Shown one piece after another: positions 41,872 to 55,200 of a stretch of DNA of 64,000 nt. The notes below the pieces were generated by a model. The model was given only the letters and a program-made list of their open reading frames with translations. It made no database searches and was not told the origin of the DNA. Origin of the DNA: Tubiluchus corallicola (taxonomy: Eukaryota; Animalia; Priapulida); the NCBI GenBank assembly GCA_030141605.1, contig JAQGDQ010000201.1, positions 124,001-188,000 on the forward strand. Direction: 5' to 3'. Both the position numbers and the translations under genes were made by a program. Within the stretch, counting starts at the first letter, position 1; the number at the start of each line of letters is the position of its first letter.

Positions 41872-44041
41872 CTTCAGAAGATGCATTTGTATTTTGGCTT
41901 GTTGTGTAGTATGAATGAAAGTGTTTGTTTGGCTACAATATGCGTTCGACTCGCTTCCTATTATCTTGACGTATTAATTCATTTCGGATTCAACAAAAAG
42001 TGGAGCATTAATTACAATGCTGTTTTAGTCACTTGTTACCATGACAACTTGAGTTGTGATAGCTGTGCATAATTTATAAATGAGCACATTTGACACATTA
42101 CACTTTGTGAACGTGATTATAGCTTTTCAGAAGCTATTGTTTTATAGTTGCAGTTTGCTGCTATGTAAGCTTTTTCTTACGTCTAATTAATTTATGATGC
42201 GACTTACACAGGTTGTTGCTATAAACTTGACATATTAGTTAGTGTTGCTAATACTTGATAAAAAATTATAATGAATGGCTACTCCAAGCTGGTCTTTGCA
42301 GGGATTTACCAAAGTAACCTTTGCAAATTGAGGCAATAAGCTACCGAAATCGAAATGCATGTGAAAGATTAAATTTTATTAGAATAACTTGCTTCCATGA
42401 AATCTTACTCTTAATACAGACACAAGAAGCTGGCTACTGAGAAGACGTTTACTGTTTTTAATTGTGACGGCATTTATTATATTGACTTTTTAATGCTAGA
42501 TAATTGAATGATGAAACACAACTATGGTGAAGAAAGGAATGCTATATTTTTTGCTTTTTGTGTAGCCTATTGTTAATGTCTTTGTGCACACTGGTGAAAA
42601 AAGTGCACAAATGAAAGTAGTCCTTTTGTGAGACAATGGTAATTATAATTTTAATACTCAAGCATGTTATTATTCGTATAAGATAATTTATAATCCACAA
42701 TTACAGTTCGTGATTAGATAAAATAGTGGTTTTGCTTCTGGGATAAGCTCAATTTGGGTTCATAAACTTGACTGCTGGTTAAATATTATTTGTTTTTGTC
42801 ATCCATACTACCTGTCATTTTCAGAGAATCAATTCAATTATTGTCAAGATCAAAGGATACCCATAATTTTTGGTCAGTCTCCTGAAGCAGTGAATAGTAG
42901 CTACTAACTATATTTAACACCTTTTTTGTTTGTTGATTGAAATAATTGTTATAATCTGTTTTTCAAGCTTATGATGTGTACACTGTTTGTTTTTTAATAC
43001 TACGTGCTGTTAACAAGATGTTGTAACATAATTTGTTATCTACACTATCAGCCATTTTTTACAAGTATTGCAAAATATTCATGATTGGTCATGCAGTTTT
43101 ACCTAGAAATATAATGTGGCTAAACTGCAAATAAAGGTGACTCCTGGAAACTGTATTGCAACTGTATGACCTGCAAATACTTACTGTTACACAATCTTTA
43201 TGCACATTTACTCTATGGAACAGTTCAGGCTTCACAGCGATAACTTTATTTCAGTAAATAATAGAGCTGTTTTGTAAAATAATATAAACTGTAAATACTG
43301 CTCTTTTCTTTAATTAACTAAAGGGCCTGTAAACGTGTTTCAATAAGTTGAATAACCTGGTTTCACTAACGTCCTATTATATTTTGGTGAATTAATATCG
43401 CTTTTATTTAATAGTCAGATTGTTACATACTTGTAATAAACCTGTTGTAAATAATGTTGCACTGTAAACACCGTTTTGTATTTACAACTGCGTAATTTGG
43501 TGCCCTAATGACCATGACTACAATTACTGGCAAATAATTGAGATGTTTGTGTAATTGTATACAGCTAATATTATTGCAAATGTTGTATTGTGTGCTAATT
43601 TTCGTAATGGTTTATTAATTGTTTTTGAATCTGTGTCAGGTGTTATTTAAATATTAATTTTTGTTGTAATGTAATTCGCCACAAAAGTTAATTGTACTTC
43701 TAGCGCTGCTGTTGTTATTTACATAAGTTTTGAACATTATGGCCTGTTCATATTCACAAAATTCATGGCATTTTTATGATCGATTTATTGATGTAATAAT
43801 AATGTTATACAATTGAACAGTACATGCTGTTCTGTCATTGTCATTTATTTTACTATATTTTCTGAGAAAACTGGGCACCATCAATTTTTAACATTCATAT
43901 ATTTGGTTCATGACGCTAAACATACTGTGTTGTTTTTTGATAAAGCTATAAAGTTGTTTGAGTATGTTTTAATAGATCTTCGTAATTAATCTAGTATAGT
44001 TGACGTTCAGTGTACTGCTGAATATGTTGTTTTTACAATTG

Positions 44042-44079
44042 AATAAACATAGTCGAGTTGCACCTCACTTAAAAATAAA
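44042..44079 (+). terminator. Probable distal polyadenylation signals of the RhoGEF (AATAAA x2)
   Basis: AATAAA at 44042 and 44074 follow ~2.2 kb of AT-rich, UTR-like sequence and are followed by a GT/T-rich tract. Confidence 0.45.
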
Positions 44080-44114
44080 GTGTGGTATATCATTAAACGT
44101 TGGTACTCTGTTTT

Positions 44115-44483
44115 TTACTTGACCCCTACTTCACCGTATCTCAGAGTCGGGATCTTGCTAAACTTGTCAAAGGCCCCACTCACCTGATTGTACAATAAGT
44201 AGGAGTAATTTGTGGCCTTTTTCTTTGTTTTAATGCTAATTAATGTATCACTGAACTACTTCATCTAAATCACAAATCAAATAATCGGACTCCTGGCTAC
44301 CATAAATGCCAAAAATTCAATACAAAAATTTAACAGTTGTCTCGCTGTGTTACCATTGCAAAAATATTGTGCAATATGTCCTTTGTAACGACCAATGCAA
44401 ATAACTTAGCTGCCATTTCTGGGTCTTTCTTTGCTTATATTTTCTACAATATTGTCTCGGAGAGACCATTCTTGCTTTATTTT
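44115..44483 (-). other. Candidate last two exons of a convergent minus-strand gene or pseudogene (weak caspase p10-like similarity)
   Basis: Exon running from the gap to 44354 (..KDPEMAAKLFALVVTKDILHNIFAM|gtaac), then cag|44183-44115 VSGAFDKFSKIPTLRYGEVGVK*. A frameshift is needed within 44400-44440. The cag|gtgagt site could alternatively be a donor. Confidence 0.35.
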
Positions 44484-44583
44484 NNNNNNNNNNNNNNNNN
44501 NNNNNNNNNNNNNNNNNNNNNNNNNNNNNNNNNNNNNNNNNNNNNNNNNNNNNNNNNNNNNNNNNNNNNNNNNNNNNNNNNNN
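44484..44583. other. Assembly gap (100 N)
   Basis: Run of 100 N; true size unknown. Confidence 0.99.
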
Positions 44584-47500
44584 TATCGATATCGATATTC
44601 CTACTCACATGGCTTTGAATTATTACGAAACACTTGGGTGTTCTTTCATTAGCTTAAGCATAAAATTAGGTACCTTGGATGCACCCGACTGTCAGATCAT
44701 CGTTAGAAATTCCGCAAAAACCGGCTTCGTTCACAACCTAGTCTTACCTGTGTGACGATACAGTTGTCGACCTAGTTTTGCTGCTGAATGGTCGAACAAG
44801 AAAGCCAGCGTTTGGCCTAACCTGCAAAGTTTAAGTAGAATGAAGTTTTTTGGTGAAACGTTCACAATATTCTCTTGGATTGTGGTGAAAAAAGAGTTAC
44901 ACGGATTAGGTACGGTGTGATGTTTGCAAGCAAACAGTGCTTCCTCTGGGAGAGCCAGGGTGGTTTGTTATAACGAATCCGGCAATGCAACACCCGTAAG
45001 ACTGTGAACTCGTTTCATTTTGTTTGTAGCTACTTATCACGGACGTGATAGAAAGCTGATTGGGCATGGAGGCGTTAGAATGCTTACATTTAGACCTTGG
45101 CCACTGTCTGAGGTTGGAGGACAGCTGGTTACGTTTAAACACTGATTCGGCTCGGCCCTGGAAGGCAACAACGGCACTCACCGCTTACCAACGACTAGTT
45201 AAATCTGCCGTTAGTCTAGTACGTAACACCCTTATGAAGTAAGTTTCATTTTTAAACTAATAAAAGGAAAAGGTTCTAGCCTGGGCTTGAAGAACTTGTC
45301 GCGTCCTCAATCGTTTTAACACGGAACGTCTTGATCGTACATCTTCAGAGGCACGATTGGAGGAGCCATTAAAAAACGGCGCTTTTGAAATTAAAAATCC
45401 TCCAACACGTGCAGGTGACATCATCTTGTTCGTTTATCGGCTTGTTTTCCGATATGCCATTTTAAGGTGAATTCAGTCCGAAAATTTTCAACTCGCTGTT
45501 CCAAGATTGCAAGGTGTGTGAAATTTGCAGCTAGGGTTCCACGCTAAATATTGCGTGCATGATAGATTTTCTCTTTTTTAGCAGCACCTAAAGAACAATT
45601 AATTTATTGTTCTGTGCTTGTACTCAGTATTTTTGTACCGCCCTCTAGCAAAAGCTTGAGTTTCCATGTACACACTGTACTAGATAATAATTTGTTGGTA
45701 GGCCCTTATTATTACTGTAATGCTTCTCACGGCTTCTTGCTCCTGTTAGATTCGAGTGTGATGCTACTTATAGTGATTTACCCCATCATACCAGTTCATA
45801 GATTAGGCGGTGCACTTCACATAGGCCTCTCTACAACAGTTACATTAGTAAGACAGAAGGGGGTCAGGCCATTTTGACATGGCCGTTTGGGCGGCAACGC
45901 CGACGGCGCGACGATAAGCTGTGACTCGAACACGCAATAGATCATTTCTTTAGTAGGCTAAAATTGTGGGAATCCCTCGTGTACTGCCTGATTACCAAGT
46001 ACCTTTAAAACATGTACATTTTTTGTAAAAAATTATTAAATACGACCGTGTAAAGAAAATTGGAAACGACTGTCATTATCGTAATTATTAACAGATTATG
46101 ATAACGTGTAAAAGCACAGCTGATCGAACCGCTGAAAGCATTTATATCAAGTATTTCGTAATAAATATATGACAAAAAAACTTACAATTATAATTGTTAA
46201 AATCTCGATATTGATAGTCATATATGGCTCATTATTTGACAACACAATACACGCCCGTTTCTTCTAAAGGACATGAAGCTAGCGGTCAATGAATATAGTA
46301 TTGTGATAATAATATTACACGTAGCTGAACTGCTGCAGTATCGCTAAATATTGTTTTGAATAAATCTTTATCACGCACAGTTTTCTGTTATTTACTGTTC
46401 ATGTTATACCCGAGGTATCTTTGAACTAAATTGCTGTCATATTTTGAAAAAAATGCTAGTCTAAACTTGCAGCGTCTTCTGCTTGGTTCATTTTATAAAC
46501 AGCACATTAATACCACTCAAACGTGGAAAGTAAGAAGTGCAAAGTCAACTGACTGGTTTTAATCACATATTACTGCATGTATTAAATTTGGTGAAATGAT
46601 CTTAAAAGTAGTGTGGTGCCAAAATGTCCCTATGCCCGAATGTTCCGTGTCCAAATGTCACTGCAGAGAAAAGTAACTTTCCTAATAGCGCCAAAGATTT
46701 TACATTTTAAACACGCTGTATTCGCATCCCACGATGTAGACAGTCTCTAATTATTCTACCATGCATATACTTTACATACATTGCAACGCTAAATTTACAT
46801 TTCCAGACCTATTTTCTGTCTCACATTCATTACTTTCTGCATCCTGTGATTGAGTTTTAACAACCCTTTTGTTTCAGTTGTTTTTAAATTTAACTCTCTC
46901 ATTGATTCACCGAATATATTTAGAGCTTTCTCACACTTTAGTAAGTGATCAATAATGAAATACATGCATAATATTTTTTAGGTAGAGAACATATCAAGTC
47001 ATTCTTGAATTTATTTTTAAAATTGTTTTCTGTTTAATCATGTTCAGTTCCATTGTATTATTTTATAGACTATTTTTGGGTTATGACACAACTTGCACTT
47101 GATCACACAATCCAAAGGTCTGTTTATTTTGCTGTAACATTTTTCATAAAATCTCAGCTTTTTCTTTTTCTGACACTTTTCTCTAGCAATATTTTTTGAA
47201 TATTTGCGAACAGCTACTTTTATTTGTTGCTTCCAACGTCTTCCTTTTAGATATTGGCATTTAATACTTATTTCTATTTATATATTTATTATTTTTATAC
47301 ATTTCTATTTACATTTTACATTTATGCCTTCTTTCAAAAGTTGTCTCTCAAATGGAAGTGCCGCTTGTGGCAGTTGTTATGGTATGTCATGAATGTAAAT
47401 CTAATCTCAACATGGTCATCGACTGCAAAGAAAATGAAAATTAGTAAAAGAAGCAAATGTGAAGGCAGACATAATTTTTTATGAAAAAGAGTACGTAATT

Positions 47501-50500
47501 TTATTGAAACTTGTATAAATCTCAGAAAAGTGTTTGATAAAGAACTTAAACTGAACAGTGTTGAATAAAATAGTGTTTAAAGAAACCCTGCCACCACGTT
47601 CTTACTTGGGGGCTCATCCTTAGGGTGAAGTGGTTTCAACGTATTCACAATGTTCACGTCAAAATTAATTCTTGGCGTTATACCATCATCAACATTTTTT
47701 TCTTGATGTTATAGCAACTCACTAACCATTTAGCACTACATGATTTTTTTCAATATAGCTCTATATAGTTACAGTAATAGATACTGTGAATACTGTGGAT
47801 ACACTCGATTCTTTTCACCAAAATCGGCGAGTAAACAGATAGCAGCAAATAGTGTCTGTTTGCGAGACCAATTACACAATTTTACTTTACTTGTAAATCA
47901 CACTATATAGATAATTTCCTTAGTCCAGACTTCTTTACAATTTCCTTGTCTTTGATTACGATTTTAACTGCAATACTTCGTTTACATACATTTTATTTTT
48001 TCTTAGTTTATCGATATTTGATATCGATATCGATATTCCTACTCACATGGCTTTGAATTATTACGAAACACTTGGGTGTTCTTTCATTAGCTTAAGCATA
48101 AAATTAGGTACCTTGGATGCACCCGACTGTCAGATCATCGTTAGAAATTCCGCAAAAACCGGCTTCGTTCACAACCTAGTCTTACCTGTGTGACGATACA
48201 GTTGTCGACCTAGTTTTGCTGCTGAATGGTCGAACAAGAAAGCCAGCGTTTGGCCTAACCTGCAAAGTTTAAGTAGAATGAAGTTTTTTGGTGAAACGTT
48301 CACAATATTCTCTTGGATTGTGGTGAAAAAAGAGTTACACGGATTAGGTACGGTGTGATGTTTGCAAGCAAACAGTGCTTCCTCTGGGAGAGCCAGGGTG
48401 GTTTGTTATAACGAATCCGGCAATGCAACACCCGTAAGACTGTGAACTCGTTTCATTTTGTTTGTAGCTACTTATCACGGACGTGATAGAAAGCTGATTG
48501 GGCATGGAGGCGTTAGAATGCTTACATTTAGACCTTGGCCACTGTCTGAGGTTGGAGGACAGCTGGTTACGTTTAAACACTGATTCGGCTCGGCCCTGGA
48601 AGGCAACAACGGCACTCACCGCTTACCAACGACTAGTTAAATCTGCCGTTAGTCTAGTACGTAACACCCTTATGAAGTAAGTTTCATTTTTAAACTAATA
48701 AAAGGAAAAGGTTCTAGCCTGGGCTTGAAGAACTTGTCGCGTCCTCAATCGTTTTAACACGGAATGTCTTGATCGTACATCTTCAGAGGCACGATTGGAG
48801 GAGCCATTAAAAAACGGCGCTTTTGAAATTAAAAATCCTCCAACACGTGCAGGTGACATCATCTTGTTCGTTTATCGGCTTGTTTTCCGATATGCCATTT
48901 TAAGGTGAATTCAGTCCGAAAATTTTCAACTCGCTGTTCCAAGATTGCAAGGTGTGTGAAATTTGCAGCTAGGGTTCCACGCTAAATATTGCGTGCATGA
49001 TAGATTTTCTCTTTTTTAGCAGCACCTAAAGAACAATTAATTTATTGTTCTGTGCTTGTACTCAGTATTTTTGTACCGCCCTCTAGCAAAAGCTTGAGTT
49101 TCCATGTACACACTGTACTAGATAATAATTTGTTGGTAGGCCCTTATTATTACTGTAATGCTTCTCACGGCTTCTTGCTCCTGTTAGATTCGAGTGTGAT
49201 GCTACTTATAGTGATTTACCCCATCATACCAGTTCATAGATTAGGCGGTGCACTTCACATAGGCCTCTCTACAACAGTTACATTAGTAAGACAGAAGGGG
49301 GTCAGGCCATTTTGACATGGCCGTTTGGGCGGCAACGCCGACGGCGCGACGATAAGCTGTGACTCGAACACGCAATAGATCATTTCTTTAGTAGGCTAAA
49401 ATTGTGGGAATCCCTCGTGTACTGCCTGATTACCAAGTACCTTTAAAACATGTACATTTTTTGTAAAAAATTATTAAATACGACCGTGTAAAGAAAATTG
49501 GAAACGACTGTCATTATCGTAATTATTAACAGATTATGATAACGTGTAAAAGCACAGCTGATCGAACCGCTGAAAGCATTTATATCAAGTATTTCGTAAT
49601 AAATATATGACAAAAAAACTTACAATTATAATTGTTAAAATCTCGATATTGATAGTCATATATGGCTCATTATTTGACAACACAATACACGCCCGTTTCT
49701 TCTAAAGGACATGAAGCTAGCGGTCAATGAATATAGTATTGTGATAATAATATTACACGTAGCTGAACTGCTGCAGTATCGCTAAATATTGTTTTGAATA
49801 AATCTTTATCACGCACAGTTTTCTGTTATTTACTGTTCATGTTATACCCGAGGTATCTTTGAACTAAATTGCTGTCATATTTTGAAAAAAATGCTAGTCT
49901 AAACTTGCAGCGTCTTCTGCTTGGTTCATTTTATAAACAGCACATTAATACCACTCAAACGTGGAAAGTAAGAAGTGCAAAGTCAACTGACTGGTTTTAA
50001 TCACATATTACTGCATGTATTAAATTTGGTGAAATGATCTTAAAAGTAGTGTGGTGCCAAAATGTCCCTATGCCCGAATGTTCCGTGTCCAAATGTCACT
50101 GCAGAGAAAAGTAACTTTCCTAATAGCGCCAAAGATTTTACATTTTAAACACGCTGTATTCGCATCCCACGATGTAGACAGTCTCTAATTATTCTACCAT
50201 GCATATACTTTACATACATTGCAACGCTAAATTTACATTTCCAGACCTATTTTCTGTCTCACATTCATTACTTTCTGCATCCTGTGATTGAGTTTTAACA
50301 ACCCTTTTGTTTCAGTTGTTTTTAAATTTAACTCTCTCATTGATTCACCGAATATATTTAGAGCTTTCTCACACTTTAGTAAGTGATCAATAATGAAATA
50401 CATGCATAATATTTTTTAGGTAGAGAACATATCAAGTCATTCTTGAATTTATTTTTAAAATTGTTTTCTGTTTAATCATGTTCAGTTCCATTGTATTATT

Positions 50501-51459
50501 TTATAGACTATTTTTGGGTTATGACACAACTTGCACTTGATCACACAATCCAAAGGTCTGTTTATTTTGCTGTAACATTTTTCATAAAATCTCAGCTTTT
50601 TCTTTTTCTGACACTTTTCTCTAGCAATATTTTTTGAATATTTGCGAACAGCTACTTTTATTTGTTGCTTCCAACGTCTTCCTTTTAGATATTGGCATTT
50701 AATACTTATTTCTATTTATATATTTATTATTTTTATACATTTCTATTTACATTTTACATTTATGCCTTCTTTCAAAAGTTGTCTCTCAAATGGAAGTGCC
50801 GCTTGTGGCAGTTGTTATGGTATGTCATGAATGTAAATCTAATCTCAACATGGTCATCGACTGCAAAGAAAATGAAAATTAGTAAAAGAAGCAAATGTGA
50901 AGGCAGACATAATTTTTTATGAAAAAGAGTACGTAATTTTATTGAAACTTGTATAAATCTCAGAAAAGTGTTTGATAAAGAACTTAAACTGAACAGTGTT
51001 GAATAAAATAGTGTTTAAAGAAACCCTGCCACCACGTTCTTACTTGGGGGCTCATCCTTAGGGTGAAGTGGTTTCAACGTATTCACAATGTTCACGTCAA
51101 AATTAATTCTTGGCGTTATACCATCATCAACATTTTTTTCTTGATGTTATAGCAACTCACTAACCATTTAGCACTACATGATTTTTTTCAATATAGCTCT
51201 ATATAGTTACAGTAATAGATACTGTGAATACTGTGGATACACTCGATTCTTTTCACCAAAATCGGCGAGTAAACAGATAGCAGCAAATAGTGTCTGTTTG
51301 CGAGACCAATTACACAATTTTACTTTACTTGTAAATCACACTATATAGATAATTTCCTTAGTCCAGACTTCTTTACAATTTCCTTGTCTTTGATTACGAT
51401 TTTAACTGCAATACTTCGTTTACATACATTTTATTTTTTCTTAGTTTATCGATATTTGA
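44584..51459. repeat. Near-perfect tandem duplication, 2 x 3438 bp (44584-48021 and 48022-51459)
   Basis: Identical ORF sets offset by 3438 (44906/48344, 45060/48498, 45614/49052, 47204/50642). One difference noticed: C45327 vs T48765. Confidence 0.97.
44609..45424 (-). other. Candidate minus-strand coding exons (weak caspase p20-like similarity); second copy at 48047-48862
   Basis: Exons 45424-45341, 45256-45189, 44821-44748 and 44652-44609 have GT-AG boundaries and splice in one open frame: MMSPARVGGFLISKAPFFNGSSNRASED|FKNETYFIRVLRTRLTADLTSRW|LGQTLAFLFDHSAAKLGRQLYRHT|ANERTPKCFVIIQSH. Confidence 0.35.
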
Positions 51460-52264
51460 ACTACCTATGTCCTGCACTGATAGGCCTCATTTATGGGCAC
51501 ATATTGCTTGACATTCAAAAAGGTGTTATGTAGTATCATTCTTATGTAAGTTTTTGAAATTGCTTTGACATTAGCCTTGTTAAGCCTTATAACCATAATT
51601 TCCTTCATTTCAACTAACTGACATTTTTCAAAGTAAACTTGTTTTTGAGAAATATTTTTAGGAACCTTAATTTCGAATATTAATATTAAAAATAAATGCA
51701 GTAGTTTGAGCAAATGTGAAATAAAAGAAGTTGAATCAAAGTTAGTAACAGCTGCATTGCAAGATTTCTGAGATCGACTTTGAGAAAGAAGTAGAAAGGG
51801 AAAACAGTACAGGTGGGTATGGTGGTATAAGTAGTAACTCAACGCAGTTTCAGATTTTGTGTGGTAGAGTGGTATTTTCATTTTGAATTCGTTTAAGTCG
51901 CTTCTTGGCTCGTGTTGTAGCTAGTGAAAATCGGTGCTATTTGTGAATGACTTTTTGAGAGTAAAGAAATTTCATTTTGTCACAGTTTAAAGTGTAGTGT
52001 ATTGTGTTATCATTGGAGAAAATAAACATCAAAGTTGAACTCATTGTCACGTAATTTTTCATTACTTGTGGACTTAAATGACGTAAAATTTTCGCCAAAA
52101 AGTAATTCAATTCAGAGCCAGAATGTATGCCAATGCCCATAATTTTGTACCATATTACTAGGTATGTCATCGCTCGTTATCCACCTGATTTTTTGTGAAT
52201 GAGTGTTGATCTATTTTATTACATTTACAGATAATTTATAATATTCAAAAAGCTAGTGATTCTG

Positions 52265-55200
52265 ATGGCTCGGAGCAGGAGCAGATCACCACGATCATCA
52301 AGAAGAGGTATTCTTTGATTTTATCTGTTTCATGTAATGTGCTTTCATTTGTACTAATATTATAAAATTTGGCATAATATGAGTTACCCGACAGTTGTTT
52401 ATATATTACGAGCTTCAAAAAAGCTGCTTATGTATACCATAAATATTTGTACTTGCAACTTTTGTCATTTATTCATTCTGCACATATAAATTAAAGGCTA
52501 GTGTGAATCACCAGATTTGTGTTTTGCAGAACAAAAAGTGTCTTGACTCATTTTAAATGAACAGTGGCTTATACTAAAAATAAATTAGTATCTTATTTAC
52601 AGTGACATCTGTTTATTGTAAATAGCTTTTATGCTAGGTTACTTTCATTGTGTAACTGATTTTTGCCAAACTTTAAAATCTAGCTCACAACTTCTTTTTT
52701 AAACTGAACAATAAGTACTTTCTAAAATATTCCAGTTTATTCACTGTAATTACGAATTTAAATTTCAGAAAGAAGACGTTCCAGGTCAAAAGATCGAGAA
52801 CGTCGTAGAGGTAAACGATTGCTTAACATTACTAATTTAATACTGAAAACTACTTTAGATCCAAACCCAAATAATTTTTGTTCAGATTAAATAATGGCAT
52901 GAAAATTTGTTTGCATACAGTTGTGAATGAAATGACAGATCTACATTTTTGCTTTAATAACAACTTGTAACAGCCTGTTTAGTATTTATCAACAAAATCA
53001 CTCCTAGGCTGTTTAATGTGCTTTACTTCTTCAGCTTTTTTCTTTTGTCCTGGGAGATGTATAATGTGTGTGCATTCGAACATGGCTAGTTACCTCTGCT
53101 TTTCAATATGTGATGAGGTATGTCCATAATCAATTAGAAGGTACTCCAAGTAGTATTGACAGCACACTTTCTACTCACCATCTTGTTTGTTAAGAATTAA
53201 TAAACTTGATTAACTAAAACTTCTTTTCGTGCTTGAAAAGATCAGTGTCTACCTTATTTACTCATCTTAGCACCCATGCTTCATTAAGGGCCCCTTCTAA
53301 GGAAATGGAATGAAAAAACAATAGCCAACCATGTTCAAATAGCCCTGTGAAAAATCTGCATTAGTCTCAGCACACGAGCAAAAGTAGCATAAGGCTTGCA
53401 ATCATATTAATACTAGTATTTACACACTATCTGTGCAACAGTTAGTAATAACAGCTGAGTCATAACAGGCTGCAGGTGAAACATACAAGCAGTATCCTGT
53501 CTGTAGCTTTGGCATGATTGTAAGGACTGTGTGTATTTGAACAACGTAGTGCTGGATTTATCTAGTATGCATATAATGCGTACACATATGATATAATGCC
53601 CAGGTCCTAAAACGTGGATGTGCGATAACTTTTCTTGCCACAAGCTGGTGTCTATAATTAACTTTAGCTGCATACTGAACAAACTAAAGGATATAATAGT
53701 ATAAACCAAATTCAGTCTAGATGCGAAATCCCGAACATGTCCCGTGCTTTTGAATGTGCATTATCATTGTAAATGGAAATCAGAACGAGAAAATCATGAT
53801 TTTCGTTGTCAAACTACATTCACGCTATATCCCGTATACCGGGTATCTGTAACGGCGTGATTCAGATAACTGCCACAAGCTAATTGAGAAGTAATTAAGA
53901 GTCATTCCGTGAGAAAATCAGCAAAATAGTGGAAGGTGACAAATCACCGATTTTGTTCATATTCACAGGGTTTGATGGTCCCCTCAGATGTACCCCACAG
54001 CCAAAATATTAGATTTCAGAAATGAGCCGTTTCTGAGAAAAGCCGCCATTTTGATTTTTTTCGGATTTTGGCCATTTTGGCGTAAAAAATTGCCCATTAT
54101 TTCTCACGTTATTACAGACAGTAAATGAGCGATCCAGCACTAGTTAATTGGTGATATATATAGTAGGGGTCTTACCCTACCGTACCATTATCGTTGCCAA
54201 ATTGAACCTCCTTTTTAGTTGGTGTCATCAGATTGCAAAAGATACGTGTCTGCTGCTGCTGAATTTAGACGCCATTTTGAAATCCCCATAACTCCACTGG
54301 GGCGGGTATTGGGGGACTAATCAATATATTTTTATTTGCAGCTTGACTAGTCCTACAAATGCATGAAATAAAATTTTGGCCAGCGATCTCCCAAGAGTCC
54401 AGAATTTTTAGCCAAAGTTGCTCTTTTTTGCCATTTTCACAACCTTGACCTATATTTAGCTATTCGCCTTGGAATGACGGTGTTGCCATTAGAATCGATA
54501 CAAAGTGCAGCAACGTCAATGTTTATAGTAGTCAGGCTTTAGATGTCTGGGCACTCCTAGCAACCAGGCCCCTCATCAGGGGGCCCCATTCCCTTCGAAG
54601 GGCCCCTGTGACGATTACAACATAGTGATTTTTGTAATCTGTATAAAACACGGAATAGTTTCATGTACATAATAACAGTTTCGTGTACAAGTGCTCGGGC
54701 TATATACCTATGGCCCGTGGATCAATATGGGGGCCTCGGGAGGGCCCCACTGTCTTGACTGAAAAATAGACTTCAGTCAAAAAGGTTTAGTGTCGCTTTG
54801 CTAAACAAGATTCTAAAGTAAGGCGAGACAAGGCACTATTTGTGAAATTGTGTTGAAACCGCCGTGAGCATCGAATATAACATGTTGCGAGCCAATTTTT
54901 AAAACGCGCACAGCTTTGTGTGGTCTTGTATTCAACAGGCGAATAGTTGTCAGTCTCTGATATTTTTCCTCAAATCAATTCGAGTTAATAGTTAGTTAGT
55001 TACTAATACCCTGGTGTGGCAACTTTGGCAGCTTCGACAACCAGACTTCTGCTTACTAACAACGGGCATTAACAAAAAAACTGGTCAAGAAACGCAGCAA
55101 AGGCCAGTACGACCCTGCCTCGGCCGTTACATACTAATTCCGACTCTGTGCAACGTATGTTTCAAGCCATTCGCTCATATTGTATTTAACCGCCAGGTTT

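Noticed and set aside
45858-46662. Possible DNA transposon relic with ggccattttg/ccaaaatgtcc subterminal-type repeats
   Set aside because: Termini and TSD could not be defined.
51465-51881. 138-aa minus-strand ORF upstream of SNRNP27
   Set aside because: No recognisable motif and no convincing splice context; cannot be supported without a search.
54530-54762. GGGCCCC-rich segment inside the Kolobok-like element as a nested MITE
   Set aside because: Only weak terminal complementarity and no TSD.
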